In this document: one piece after another, positions 46,518 to 58,331 of the stretch
Position numbering within the stretch: position 1 is the first letter of the stretch
Layout: each line of letters begins with the position of its first letter
The notes under the pieces: generated by a model
Databases searched by the model: none
What the model was told of the DNA's origin: nothing
What the model saw: the letters and a program-made list of their open reading frames with translations, nothing else
NCBI GenBank assembly: GCA_977862235.1
Contig: OZ374559.1
Span: 2,356,001-2,420,000 of the forward strand
Length of the DNA: 64,000 bases
Reading direction: 5' to 3'
DNA from: Dudresnaya verticillata
Taxonomy: Eukaryota
Program-made: the position numbers and the translations under genes

Positions 46518-49500
46518 CTATTGGGCAGCGTTGCCCCCGGCCCCCGCTTCCGGCTGAGCAGTCATCGACGACACAAAGCCAGGGGCGGAGGGTTCATAAC
46601 CGGTCGCCTCGGCCGCAGCGCGCGGCTGAGTTGGCGCGGCAGCGCCCGCCGCGGCACCCGACGCGTGGTACACCGCAGCGGCGCCAGCGGCAGCGGCCGC
46701 TAACCCAGCAGGGCTCACTTGCCCCACTGGGGGACCATACCCCTGCGGCATGTAGCCCGGGGGGACGGGCGCAGCGGCGCCCGGCTGCTGTGGGACTCCA
46801 CTGCCCTGCACCACCATCGACGGGGTGTAACCGGAAGGCCCCCATGGGAGCATCTGGCCGGTGGGCCTGACGGCATAAGGCAGCATCGGTTGCTGTGCAG
46901 CCTGCGCTGGCGCATATGACGGCATCGGCTGCTGCGTCAGCGCCAGCATCGGGGGCGGCTGGTACTCCTCTCGTGGCCGCTTGCCGAGGGACCCGACGAC
47001 TGGGGATGAATGGGCAGCGCGCCTCAACTCTTCCTGCAGTCGTTGCGCATCGTGCGCAAACCTGTCCCGCTCGGTGCGGTAGCGAAGGGCGATGGCGTTC
47101 GCAGCGGCGAGATCTTCATACGTTCCCGTTAGATGGGCCGCAAAGGCGGCAACGAGGTTCTGTCCCGCTCGGTGCGGTAGCGAAGGGCGATGGCGTTCGC
47201 AGCGGCGAGATCGTCATACGTTCCCGTTAGATGGGCCGCAAAGGCGGCAACGAGGGTGCGCAGCGGCGCGTCCTCACCCAACTGTACCAGCGCAGCGGTG
47301 CGGCGTACATTTTTGTCGCTCCAGAGGCTCGCTGCCATCGGCGCATCGAGTGCATCGGTTGTGGGCGGCGGCACATAGGCAGCCACCGCCATCGATGGCG
47401 GTGGGCCATACCTCACCGCCTGCCTCGACAGCGTATAGGCAGCGGGCAGCGGGTCGACTGCTGCCTGCTTCTCCTGACCTCCACCCATGGCGGCCGGGGG
47501 AGGTGGTCCACAGCTCGAGGTGCTGGTGCCGCGGCACGCGGCACCGGTGGCAAGTAGGGCTCGGCCTCCGAGGCCATAACGGCAGCGGCCGACTTGGATG
47601 CCCCACCTAGGCCCCGACGGGCGCGCGGCTTAGCGGCCCGCTCGACGCGGGCCATGTCCGCCATCGAGGCGTAGCCACGATCCTTCCGCGGCGCGCGTGC
47701 GCGTTGGATCTTGTGAAAGGTCCCCGCCACTGGGTTGACCCCGCAAATGAACGAACGCATCGACGCGTGTTGCAAAGTGGCGGCGACGGGTGTGCTTCTC
47801 TCTGGCAGCGGCCACGAAGCGCGTCGTGTTCAACAGCTGCTTGAACTCGAACGTCACCGAAGTGTTGTCCGGGACTGCCGCGTCTCGGAGGCGTGGGAAG
47901 CCCCGGCGCCCGCTGCGCCACAGTACATCGAGGTACACCAAAATGCGGTCGTCGAGGACCCAGCAAATTTCCTTCGATAGGATGTCGGAGGCGTAGCGAC
48001 GCCCCACCTCAAAGGCATACTCGTCGGAGCGCCTAGCGAGGAGCTCTCGACGAACTGCCTCATTCCCCGCCGCGGCGTAGTGGAAATATCGCTCGATGCT
48101 GGGCCACGGGACGATCATGCCAGCGGGCACGTCCCGGTGCGAGTACCACTCCGCGGAGGGAAACCACGACGCGTCGAGCGCCGGGTGCAAGCGGGCACCC
48201 GTGGTGATGAGCCCATCACTGGGGGCGCGGCAGGTGGCCCAGTCCCGCTCCCCCATGCACAGCCCGAGGATGCGGCGCGCGCAGTCGGCATTGGCCAGAC
48301 CGCGCGCCTCCTCCGGCGTCTCCTCGATGGGGACGTCCCTCAACCAGGCCAACGAGGCCGCGAGGGGCTTGTGGGACCCATCGACGGGTTTCACAAAGAG
48401 GGCTTCGGCGCCCTTATACACGATCAGCAGCTGCTTGATCGTGGTGACGAACGAAACGTCATACGGTAGGCCGTTCGGTACAAGCCATACCGGCGATGCG
48501 GGCATAAAGGCGTTGTAGGCAGCGGCCCCGCCATCGTCGCTCGCATCTGCCACGCGCAGGAGACGTTGGACGTCAATCCTTTGCACGGGCAACCGACGCC
48601 ACTGGTCCAGCGGGATCTGGTGGCGCGGTGGCTCCCACGCGAAGACAGTGGGAGGCAATGCGGCTGCATTGGGCACCGCGACACCGAGTCGCTGGGGCCC
48701 AATGGTCAGAGACACCCCTCGCATGGTGATCACCGGCAGAGGGGGAGCCACGACAGCGGCCGATGACGACTCAATGGCAGCGGCCACGCTTGTGCCAGGG
48801 GCGGTCGAGGTCCCTGCTCCGGGGTCACCTTGCGCCGATGCGCTGAGGCCCCGGCGGGGCATGAAGGGAGCCGCAGCGGGCGGCATCCTGCTCCCCCTTG
48901 ACGCGGAGGCCGTCGACGACCCCGTCAGATCAAGGGCACGAGCCACGGGTGGCGCATCGACGCGCGGAGCAGCAAAGGGTACAGCGACCGGAGCCGCCTC
49001 CTCTGGGCATGGGGCGGCAGCGGCCGCCCCACTCCGGTCCAAGCCACCCAAACCTCGCAGCGGCGTGTCTTGGGTGGCCACCTCGACCTCCTCGTAGCTC
49101 GGCAGAGGTCGGGTAGCCTTACCTTGGGCCAGCGCAGCGGCTGCTGGCTCCGGAGGCACTTGGGCGGGAGACGTGTCAACCGCAGCGGCGGCGGGACGCA
49201 TCTCCGATGTCTTAGCGGGCGCAGCAGCGCCCGCTCCAATTCGGTCAGCAGCTGCTGGACCGATATGCGCAGCGGCGCCGGCCCCAGCCGTCGGACCAGC
49301 AGCGCGGCCACTGGGCACACCGAAGCCGCCACCGCAGCGGGCGGTGGTCGTGGCGGCGCAGCGGCGCTTTCCCCCAGCGCATCCTGCGCCTGGGGTTGCT
49401 GGGTATCTGCCACCGCTTCCGCCGGTGCAGCCGTCGATGGCGCACCAGCGGGCAGCGGCGGCGTGGTTGCGGGCGCCCCTTCGTCAGGGGCGCCCCGGGT

Positions 49501-49524
49501 GGCAGACGAGCGCGTCTTGGCCAT
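46518..49524 (-). pseudogene. G3 antisense accessory ORF, frameshifted
   Basis: MAKTRSS start at 49524; A/P-rich N-terminus, W/Y-rich domain (47630-48700), P/Q-rich tail (46518-47027); same position as in G1. Confidence 0.7.
47062..47256. repeat. 98-bp tandem duplication
   Basis: CTGTCCCGCTCGGTGCGGTAGCGAAGG... starts at 47062 and at 47160. Confidence 0.9.
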
Positions 49525-49842
49525 ACCGCACGTCGACGTGGGCACTCGCGTCGAGCGAAGGGGGCGGAGAAGGCGTAGCACGATACACACACACGACAGC
49601 GGTCACTGGTATGCTGAAGCGTGTGGGCGAAGGGGGGGTCGTGGAGAGCGATACCCGCAACCTCCCCAGCGCTGACTCCGCGTTGATCCTTATATGCGCA
49701 GCGGCGCAGACGGGCGAGCACGCGCATACACCGTCGACGGGCGCGCGTGCCAATCACTGTCAACGGCCACTCGGGATTGCCATCGTGGCCCCGGGAAACC
49801 TCAACGGCCGTGAGCGGGGCGCTCACGCTTGAGGGGGGGCCG

Positions 49843-50628
49843 TGTAGTATAGCTGTCAGCAAACTATCAGCAGCGGCTGTAAGGTATGCTGGCAGCGCCG
49901 CACTGCAATGGTGCACACGATGACGCCCGCTGGCGAGTCGTGGTTTGGCAGCGTGCCCTTAGCTTTTTCGTTGAATTCGTAGCGGTCGGCCGGATTGCTG
50001 CCGGCAGCGGCCGCGCGCCGTGCCGCACACGGCGCGCCCCTGTTATCACACCTGTGACGCTCTCCGGCATCGAGCCGTTGAGAGGGCCGCTGCCCGTTAC
50101 GCCCCGCGCGCGCCCACGGGTAACCGTTACCCGGACGTATCGACACGTGTATGGGCGCGCGCTGGCACACCTCCCGCGTTGGTGTTGTGGGGCGCACCTA
50201 CTGTAGAAGTAGTCGTAGTGCATATAGTGTAGGGTATTTAAGACCGTCGACCATCGACGGCTCAGTAAACCGGGCAGGCAACAGCTCGCGCTGAAGCTTG
50301 CCCCCAGCCTTTTCGGGTTCGATCCCTTTGCCTTACGCCAGCGGGCGGTTTCTCTTTTTCCCCTTGCCTCGGTAGGCTTTCCCCTTTCCTTTTCCTTTCC
50401 GTCGGCTTCGTGCCGCCCTTCGACAGGGACGCTGGGATCCGGCCGCTGCCTACCCGCGTACGGTACGCCCCGTGCGCGCTCCAGCATCGATGCCGTTGAT
50501 CCGCACCTGCGGGGCGCACGCGGCCGACACCGCTCTACCAACCCCAACAGCTACCCATCGACGGGTCTGTGTGGCGGCTTCGGACCAGCAAGTATCAGAC
50601 GTCGGATCGACCCGACGTCTATACTACA
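49843..50628 (+). repeat. G3 3' LTR
   Basis: Direct repeat of 37362-38147. Confidence 0.96.
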
Positions 50629-50633
50629 GTCCT

Positions 50634-51368
50634 CAAGTTGTACTTCTCGAGGTCCGCAGCGGTGAGCTTGAAACCCTCGTGGCTAGACACCTGGTCGATC
50701 AGGCGAGCTTCTTCAACAACCTTTCGTACGAAAGAGTGAAAGTGTTTCTTGAGTTCTTCTCCCTTCTTCGAATGTAGAAGTCCTGCCATCTTGTGACGTA
50801 GATCTACATCAGGTTCGATCCTTAATAGATATTCCACAGCGAGCTTCGGTTCCTGTTCGGAGAACTCCTCGTACCCTATCTGTTCCAAAGCTTTGTTGGA
50901 TTCCATGAGTATTCCCCAAACTTCGGACTCTACAGTACTGTAAAGTGAAGGTTTGGTTAACTTCAAGTCCTTGAGAGTTTTTCCAACGACACCTAGATCG
51001 TAACGATCCGGCTCGACCAGAGCCTTCTTCTCGAAAAAGCTTTTGAGGTGATCCTCTGTCATTTCACCAACGGTGTCCACCGGAATAGTATCATCTCGAA
51101 CGATCGTCTTTAGGATGAACGAAGAGATTGAGTCCTTGTAGGTAGTTGGTAGAACATTAACATTCGAATCCAAGCTTTTCTCCGTAACTCGACGTTCGTA
51201 GATGTCGCGGTCCTTCTTGAACGAGATCAGATGCGCTGGTGACAGTACTGTCAGCCTTGGCGCTTCGATCGTCTCTACGATAGTTTGACGTACAGTAGCG
51301 CTGGTACCAGCTCCAGAAGGTCCAGCGTTTCCACGTCGAGGACGATTAGCAGCAGTCATCTTAATCAC
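50634..51368 (-). pseudogene. gag: G2 Gag, N-terminal part
   Basis: First ORF after the G2 5' LTR; cut by G3 at the TSD. Confidence 0.75.
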
Positions 51369-51419
51369 GATTCTGTATCTTCCACAGACGCACTATTTCC
51401 TCCCGGGAAAAGCAATTTC

Positions 51420-52012
51420 TGTGACAAGTGGGCACGTCCGTGTCCGAAACAGTCTCGCGTACGCGAAGACGAAAAGATAAAGTGAAGGATAGAGGCGGAA
51501 AGAGGAAGGTGAGTAGATGGGTATACCGCGCTGGTCGGGTCCGATGCAGTGGTTGCATGCCCTCGCCGTCGTTCGACGCCAGCGGGTTGCCTTTATTAAT
51601 ACTACAGCTGGACAGCTCTGTGCAACCCACAGTAAATGTGACTTGCGTACGCAAGCTCCGTTCCGAACAGCCATGGACAAGTGCCGCCACCGGCACCAGC
51701 CACCCCGACGTCGCCGGTGATGGACAGAAAGTCGCCCAGGTCCTCGCCTTAGTCGTAGGACCTGGCAGCAGGCCAATCATGTAGAAGGCATGGCAGCCCG
51801 GCGCATGTGCGCTGGGTCTGCATTGTGAGCGTACGCTACAGTAGAGCGCATCACTCGGAGCATCAGCATGGCGAGTCGGCTGAGTACTCAGCAGGCGTCC
51901 GTACTCTGTACAGAGCTCACTTCACGACGCCACAGCGGGTCGGGCGTTGTGCACAGGCGTCGGGGCTATTAGCCTGCGGGCGCTTCCGCGTGTTGCGCGC
52001 CCAGGGGTTACA
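51420..52012 (-). repeat. G2 5' LTR
   Basis: Direct repeat of 32638-33230. Confidence 0.95.
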
Positions 52013-52016
52013 GTAC

Positions 52017-53180
52017 TACACGTACCCTAAAAATACCGTTGAGAACCTGAAGTTTCCTTACTTGTTTTCATTCCACCCCCACAACGTACCAGTATTTTAT
52101 ACCACAGCGAAACACTGCATTTACGTCATAGGATTGCCATTTGTTTCAACGGCATCAACTATTGCCTATGCACACCACCTGTCATGAATTCAGCCTGGAT
52201 ACAAAGCCCTACGGGAACGCTTTCTTCAAGTTTACAACAACAAATCCTATCGTAAGTATGCGGGGCAATCAGTGCAAGGTGCAGTGCGAACACCCAAACG
52301 CAGCGCCCACCAAACAATCCGAGCAACTCTGTTTTTGCAGCCTACATTCTAAGAACGGCGCTGCTTTTAAATCCCGCATGCGTGTGCCTACGACATAAGA
52401 AAGAAGAAACTTTTGAAACAGAGCCACATCTATGTGTAACTATGATCAACTGAACTGAGCATGAGCAGGTGATACATTATCGTCTCTTTATCTTTGCCAG
52501 TTCAACACCAGGCACTATCAAGACTTGTACTTCTCGAGACGTATTGCCTGCTGTACTATTGGTAGCAATGGTAGTATTTGTAGTATTGGTACTATTGACG
52601 TGGATCGACCTACGTGTTCTAACAAAAGTCCTTACGCCAAATGCAGGAGCGGTAGCAATAGCACCGGTACGGAGAACAGATACACTTGTAGCGGCAGATA
52701 ATACCCCCGCAAAGCTTACGAGGTGGGGCCTGAAGCGACTGCTTCTCATTCACGGTAAGGCTACGAACAAGCTCCTCTTTCTTGTCGGCCCTTTCCTGAA
52801 GCATCCTGGCGGAGGTCTCCGTCTTGGAAATGAAACAGCAGGTCTTACCCAGAGATCCATCGGTCGACAACTCTGACTTGAAGACATGGCAGTGGGAGTA
52901 TCCGTCCTTGGCACATTCTTCGGCGGCCTTACCCTCGTCGTTGCCTTCATAATTTTTGCATGGGCAGTCGGGAGTGGCTCTGGCGACGGCAAAGAAGGCG
53001 AGCAAGAGGGCGAGCAAGAAGAACTTGTTCATGTTGAGAGGAGGTAGCGAACAACGGCTGTTGGTTGGTAGTGTTGGTGATGAGTGAACAATGAAAAACT
53101 GAGCGTGCGAAGCTTGGTGCGTTTGAAAAGTGTTGAAACGCATTCTACTGAGGTTGATGGGTCGTATATATATAGGTTTT
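52017..53180. repeat. Tandem unit copy 2, last segment
   Basis: Matches 5321-6293; at 53183 the sequence jumps back to the equivalent of position 4678. Confidence 0.9.
52619..53032 (-). CDS. Secreted cysteine-rich peptide precursor, copy 2 (137 aa)
   Basis: ATG at 53032 by homology; core KLCGGIICRYKCICSPYRCYCYRSCIWRKDFC. Confidence 0.88.
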   Translation of the reverse strand: MNKFFLLALLLAFFAVARATPDCPCKNYEGNDEGKAAEECAKDGYSHCHVFKSELSTDGSLGKTCCFISKTETSARMLQERADKKEELVRSLTVNEKQSLQAPPRKLCGGIICRYKCICSPYRCYCYRSCIWRKDFC

Positions 53181-53918
53181 TAGCACTTGTATTCGCGGCC
53201 ACGATGACAACCAGGAAGGTCTACGGTACAACAGGCGCGATAAAATAGAGTTTGTCATTCCCATTCCTCCTCTGCACACGGTTTGATCCTCTTGTTTAGA
53301 GGTTGGAAAGTGGATAAACTGCGAGTAGAAATATTAGGGACTGATAGGGTTCCTTGGAAGTGAAAAGAAATGGAAGCCTTTACTTGTAAATAGAACTCCA
53401 TTTGACAAACCGATGACAACTAAGATAAGAGGATAGAAGCACTTCTAGGCGCTCTTGTCAAGGTATAGGAAGGAGGAGGAAAAGGATGAACTTGTGAGTG
53501 TCAAATCCTTAGGGAGGGAGGGCGGGAAAAGGATGAACTTGCGGAACTCTCTACGAAGAGTTTCCGGCTCCCTTAAGTACAGCCTAGATGTCCCCGAGAG
53601 TAGCGTACAAGGCATTGCGGAGTATCGTTCGGCAGTCGTATTGGGAGTCACTGTTGTTGACACCATTTTCGGCACTGTACCCAAATTAGCGTCCTGCATT
53701 TGTGAACCATCTTGAGTCGGCGTCAATCCTGGTGACAACTATTCGGTGGACCATATACAGTACCCTAGATACCCCTTCGGGACGCTCAGCGAAGTTCGCT
53801 GTTCTTGGTCAGTCTTTTCATACCTGTAAAGCGGCATCTTTGACACAACATGGAAAACCGATTTCGGAGACGATGTAGAGCGGCAGGGACTAGAACATGG
53901 AGAGCTACACGTCGTAGT

Positions 53919-54960
53919 CTATTGCAGGGACGGGAGTGTTGTGCTTGGGAAGAGCGACCAGAAGTAGCGCTCCATTTCCGAGTCTTGACGGAGTCGACCG
54001 TCGAAGTAAACATTGATGACCATTCTGGATGTGCGCCAACCCCCACGTTGAACAATCACCGGGAGCGGAACACCTAGTAGGACTAAAGCCGTCGCAGCAC
54101 CGCTTCGCAAACTGTGTGAAGCATAAAACCCAAACGCCGGAGGCACCACTGATAAACTCTCTAGGATGTTTTGCAAAGCTCGGGTCACACATTGTGGGGA
54201 CATTGTCATGCCATCCAGTGACCAATACAAACTCGATGGAGAGGAGAATGTCTGGTGCTTAAAGAAAGAATCCTGCAGTGCCAACGCGTTATCTTCTCCT
54301 GATCCGGCACAAACCAGTGCGTGAGCCTCAATGCCGCGGACCGGGCGGCCTTTGAAGGAGCGTGGGCGTGCGGATATCGAAATGTAGGCTGTAGTTACCG
54401 AGGTATAATGCGTAACCGATACATCCTGCTTTTCAATAGACCGTGCAGACGATTCACACCACATCATGAGGTACTGAAACTCTATAAGAGCCGAATCGCG
54501 GTGCAGAACGGAACCCGCCTTCTGTGTCAAGCCGAAGCATCTAATACGCCATATGGTAGACCCGGGGAGGGCCACACGAACATCTTGTAGTGATCTTCGT
54601 CCGTCGTCCTCCCGTTTAAAAGCCCGAACGAGGTCGCTCAGTGCTGGTCCCTGGCAAGGATCTGGAACTCCGTCGCGTTGATGCCTTGTCCGTATAGCCG
54701 AGACGTAATGCTCGATAGATCGGGAATGCACTCTCCCTTCTTCGAAAAGGAATCCGACATATGCCAGGACAGACCCTTTGGCCGCGGGCAGTGCCATGAG
54801 GTCTTCCTGCGCACAGAACGTGGCGAACTTCTTCCACTGGCTTGACTTCAAAGCCCCTGTCGTGGAAGCGAGTGCAGATGAAGCTAGTCTTCGGCTTGCG
54901 CGCCCAACCGAAGTTCTAGGGAGCTGAGTCTCGATGGAAGCTTGGACTGCTGCTTGTGCC
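53919..54960 (-). CDS. D2 tyrosine recombinase domain (catalytic R appears as C)
   Basis: SQWKKFATFC, MMWCES, HSLRSG, RGGW, INVYF; fused in frame to RNase H by the deletion. Confidence 0.8.
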
Positions 54961-54969
54961 GGGGTCCAA

Positions 54970-56448
54970 CTTCGGGGGGGAGGGTTCCAGAGTCTGCTCT
55001 GGCCGTCTCCCCAGAACTCTCCCAGTTGCGCCTTGATTACCTTGGCTCGAGCCGCCGGGGCGTCCCCTAGAGGCCAATAACGCCGCACCCGCTGAAGCTG
55101 CAAGGACTCCTGCAACGATTGCATCAGTGAAGGAGTCGCTTTCAGGTCCTTCGGATTCCAGGTACGGCTGAGGCGATCCGCATGCTTGTTGACCGCGGAA
55201 GGAAGCCATACGGCGCGTAGGGTGACTTTCATCTCCACTAAGACTTGGTGAAGGGCGCGTAGCTCGTCCATTAACTCCGGGGTACTGGATACCATGTTGT
55301 TGATAATATAAAATACGCTCATGTTGTCCACATGTAGAATCAGCCTCTCGTGGGTACCAGAGACTCGAGCGTGGACTAGATCGGACTGAAATGAGAGTCG
55401 GACTGCTAAAAGCTCGCGGTGAGTAATGGATTTGAGACGCAAGAACGGAGACCATATACCTTGAACTTACACGTCTCCGGGAGAGCCAGCAGCCATATTC
55501 CGCCCCAGTGTTCCTCCAAAACCTACATCTGCAGCGTCCGTGTGCAGGTTCCAATGTGGGTTGCCGCCACCTATCAATCTGCCATCCCCCTGTAGCATAT
55601 GTCGCCAAGCCTTGAGATCTCGAAGGCCTGCATTTGAAAGGCGCACACATTGCTCCGGATACCTTCCTCTCCGCGGTTTGGAGTTCTTCATGTCGTCGTA
55701 CAAGCTCCTCGTGGAGAAACGTGCAAGAGGGAGGGGGAGCAGCTGGGATATAGCGCGTCCCGTAAATTCTGCTATAGCCCGCTCCCGTACCCACCGAGAA
55801 CCTTTGGCTGCTGTCTTGAGCAAGTACGCCCCATGATCTTGCAGTTTCCCTAGCTTCTCCTGGGTTACAAAGTAGCGAAATGCTACTGTATCTATTGTAA
55901 CTCCGAGATGTGACAGGGTAGTGGCGCCGGATCCCCAGACGCCTTTGGATGGGTGTCTCAATAATCCCAGTCGGTTGAACAGGACGTCCAGAGCTGACGA
56001 GAGACCCTCGCAGTCCTTTGAGGTGCTGGGCGAAGAACCGTTTCCAGGGACGAGGAGGTAATCGCCTATCCTTTGGAGGACGCGGCAATACAATGCAGAG
56101 CGCATATACCGAGTCAGCGGACTTAGGAGATGGCAAAACCAGTAGGGTGACCTCGTCCAACCGAAAGGTAATGCAATGCAGCGGTAGAAACCGCCGTCGT
56201 AGTGAAACAAGAACCAATCCCACATGCGTGAGTGGAGTCGGAAATGTCGATATCCACTCTTCCAGTCGAACGACAGCATGTGGTCCCCTTGAACAAGGCA
56301 GGAAGCAAAGGAGCTGAGCGATTCCATCATAACAGTATTCTTGTCCCAATGCGATGACTGGCGTTTTAGGTTGATAACGAATCGACCTTTGTCATCGGTC
56401 TGAGACGTTCCCACTCGGAAATGAGCGTGACACCTTTACCAACTTGTT
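54970..56448 (-). pseudogene. D2 RT-RNase H, 5'-truncated, TAA at 55467
   Basis: GRFVINLK, ALPFGWTRSP, degenerate RIGD at the WIDD site, HTDAADVGFGG, WNPPP. Confidence 0.88.
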
Positions 56449-56780
56449 GGAAAAGGATGAACTTGCGGAACTCTCTACGAAGAGTTTCCGGCTCCCTTAA
56501 TTACAGCCTAGATGTCCCCGAGAGTAGCGTACAAGGCATTGCGGAGTATCGCTCGGGAGTCGTATTGGGAGTCACTGTTGTTGACACCATTTTCGGCACT
56601 GTACCCAAATTAGCGTCCTGCATTTGTGAACCAATCTTGAGTCGGCGTCAATCCTGGTGACAACTATTCGGTGGACCATATACAGTACTCTAGATACCCC
56701 TTCGGGACGCTCAGCGAAGTTCGCTGTTCTTGGTCAGTCTTTTCATGCCTGTAAAGCGGCATCTTTGACACAACATGAAA

Positions 56781-58331
56781 CAATTTTCCCGTCTCAAATT
56801 CGCTTGTCCGCAGGGCTTTGAACGAAGAGGCTCAAGAGTGTCTTTACGCATGACACCAGTGCCTAAACCGCCATTGAAGCCGCATTCAAACCCTGTTCGC
56901 TTCCAAACCATGTGTTAGCATAAACAGGCTGTACGGCCGTACCAGCTCCGCAGCCATCTCCCCTTTCCCCAAACCCTTCTATTTCTCTTTCCACTCTACT
57001 CTCAAAGTCCTGCTCGAGGTCGAATCAAGAAGATAAAGCAGGTCACAGGCAAGTGGTACTGGTAAATGCGTTGGAATAAAATAGAAGCAAGCAAGCGTTA
57101 CCTTTATTTCAATCTACGGATCGATCGTAGGAAGGGAAGTAAATGGTAAATGCCCAATCGCCACTAAACACTAAAAATAGCAGCAAGAAGAACGAGCCGG
57201 AACTGCAGTTCCGGTATTGTTAGATAGGGCGGTAGGTACTACACGTACCCTAAAATGCCGTTGAGAACCTGAAGTTTCCTTACTTGTTTTCATTCCACCC
57301 CCACAACGTACCAGTATGTTATACCACAGCGAAACACTGCATTTACGTCATAGGATTGCCATTTGTTTCAACGGCATCAACTATTGCCTATGCGCACCAC
57401 CTGTCATGAATTCAGCCTGGATACAAAGCCCTACGGGAACGCTTTCTTCAAGTTTACAACAACAACTCCTATCGTAAGTATGCGGGGCAGTCAGTGCAAG
57501 GCGCAGTGCGAACACCCAAACGCAGCGCCCACCAAACAATCCGAGCAACTCTGTTTTTGCAGCCTACATTCTAAGAACGGCGCTGCTTTTAAATCCCGCA
57601 TGCGTGTGCCTACGACATAAGAAAGAAGAAACTTTTGAAACAGAGCCACATCTATGTGTAACTATGATCAACTGAACTGAGCATGAGCAGGTGATACGTT
57701 ATCGTCTCTTTATCTTTGCCAGTTCAACACCAGGCACTATCAAGACTTGTACTTCTCGAGACGTATTGCCTTGTGTACTATTGGTAGCACTGGTAGTATT
57801 GGTAGTATGGGTAGTATTGGTACTATTGACGTGGATCGACCTACGTGTTCTAACAATAGTAGTAATACCAATAGCAGTAGCGGTAGCAATAGCACCGGTA
57901 CCAAGGAGCACAGGTACACTTGTAGCGACAGACAAGAAGCCTGCAAAGCCCACGAGATGTGGCCTGAAGCGACTGCTTCTCGTTCACGGTAAGGCTACGA
58001 ACAAGCTCCTCTTTCTTGTCGGCCCTTTCCTGAAGCATCCTGGCGGAGGTCTCCGTCTTGGAAATGAAACAGCAGGTCTTACCCAGAGATCCATCGGTCG
58101 ACAACTCTGACTTGAATACATGGCAGTGGGAGTATTCGTCCTTGGCACATTCTTCGGCGGCCTTACCCTCGTCGTCGCCTTCATGATTTTTGCATGGGCA
58201 GTCGGGAGTGGCTCTGGCGACGGCAAAGAGGGCGAGCAAGAGGGTGAGCAAGAAGAACTTGTTCATGTTGAGAGGAGGTAGCGAACAACGGCTGTTGGTT
58301 GGTAGTGTTGGTGATGAGTGAACAATGAAAA
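56781..58331. repeat. Tandem unit copy 3, main segment (continues at 62968-63251)
   Basis: Matches 4871-6209. Confidence 0.9.
57850..58266 (-). CDS. Secreted cysteine-rich peptide precursor, copy 3 (138 aa)
   Basis: Core GLCRLLVCRYKCTCAPWYRCYCYRYCYWYYYYC; one extra codon in the turn. Confidence 0.88.
   Translation of the reverse strand: MNKFFLLTLLLALFAVARATPDCPCKNHEGDDEGKAAEECAKDEYSHCHVFKSELSTDGSLGKTCCFISKTETSARMLQERADKKEELVRSLTVNEKQSLQATSRGLCRLLVCRYKCTCAPWYRCYCYRYCYWYYYYC

Larger units (their letters stand above)
37362..50628 (+). mobile_element. G3: full-length 13.3-kb Gypsy chromovirus related to G1, nested in the G2 gag
   Basis: 786-bp LTRs with TGTAGTATAG..CTATACTACA ends; TSD GTCCT (37357-37361, 50629-50633); same PBS as G1; PPT GAGGGGGGG. 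Confidence 0.97.
32638..52012 (-). mobile_element. G2: Gypsy chromovirus (~6.1 kb of its own sequence), degenerate, interrupted by G3
   Basis: 593-bp TG..CA LTRs; 4-bp TSD GTAC (32634-32637, 52013-52016); empty sites at ~5317 and ~57236. Confidence 0.95.
53366..56780 (-). mobile_element. D2: DIRS-type element with internal deletions (gag and part of the MT domain lost)
   Basis: Direct repeats 53525-53851 and 56449-56780; TGAAA at both junctions; empty site GGAAGTGAAACAATTTT at 4861. Confidence 0.92.

Noticed and set aside
53033..53143. N-terminal extension of peptide copy 2 (174-aa ORF)
   Set aside because: The upstream ATG is absent in copy 1 and would bury the signal peptide; the ATG at 53032 is preferred.
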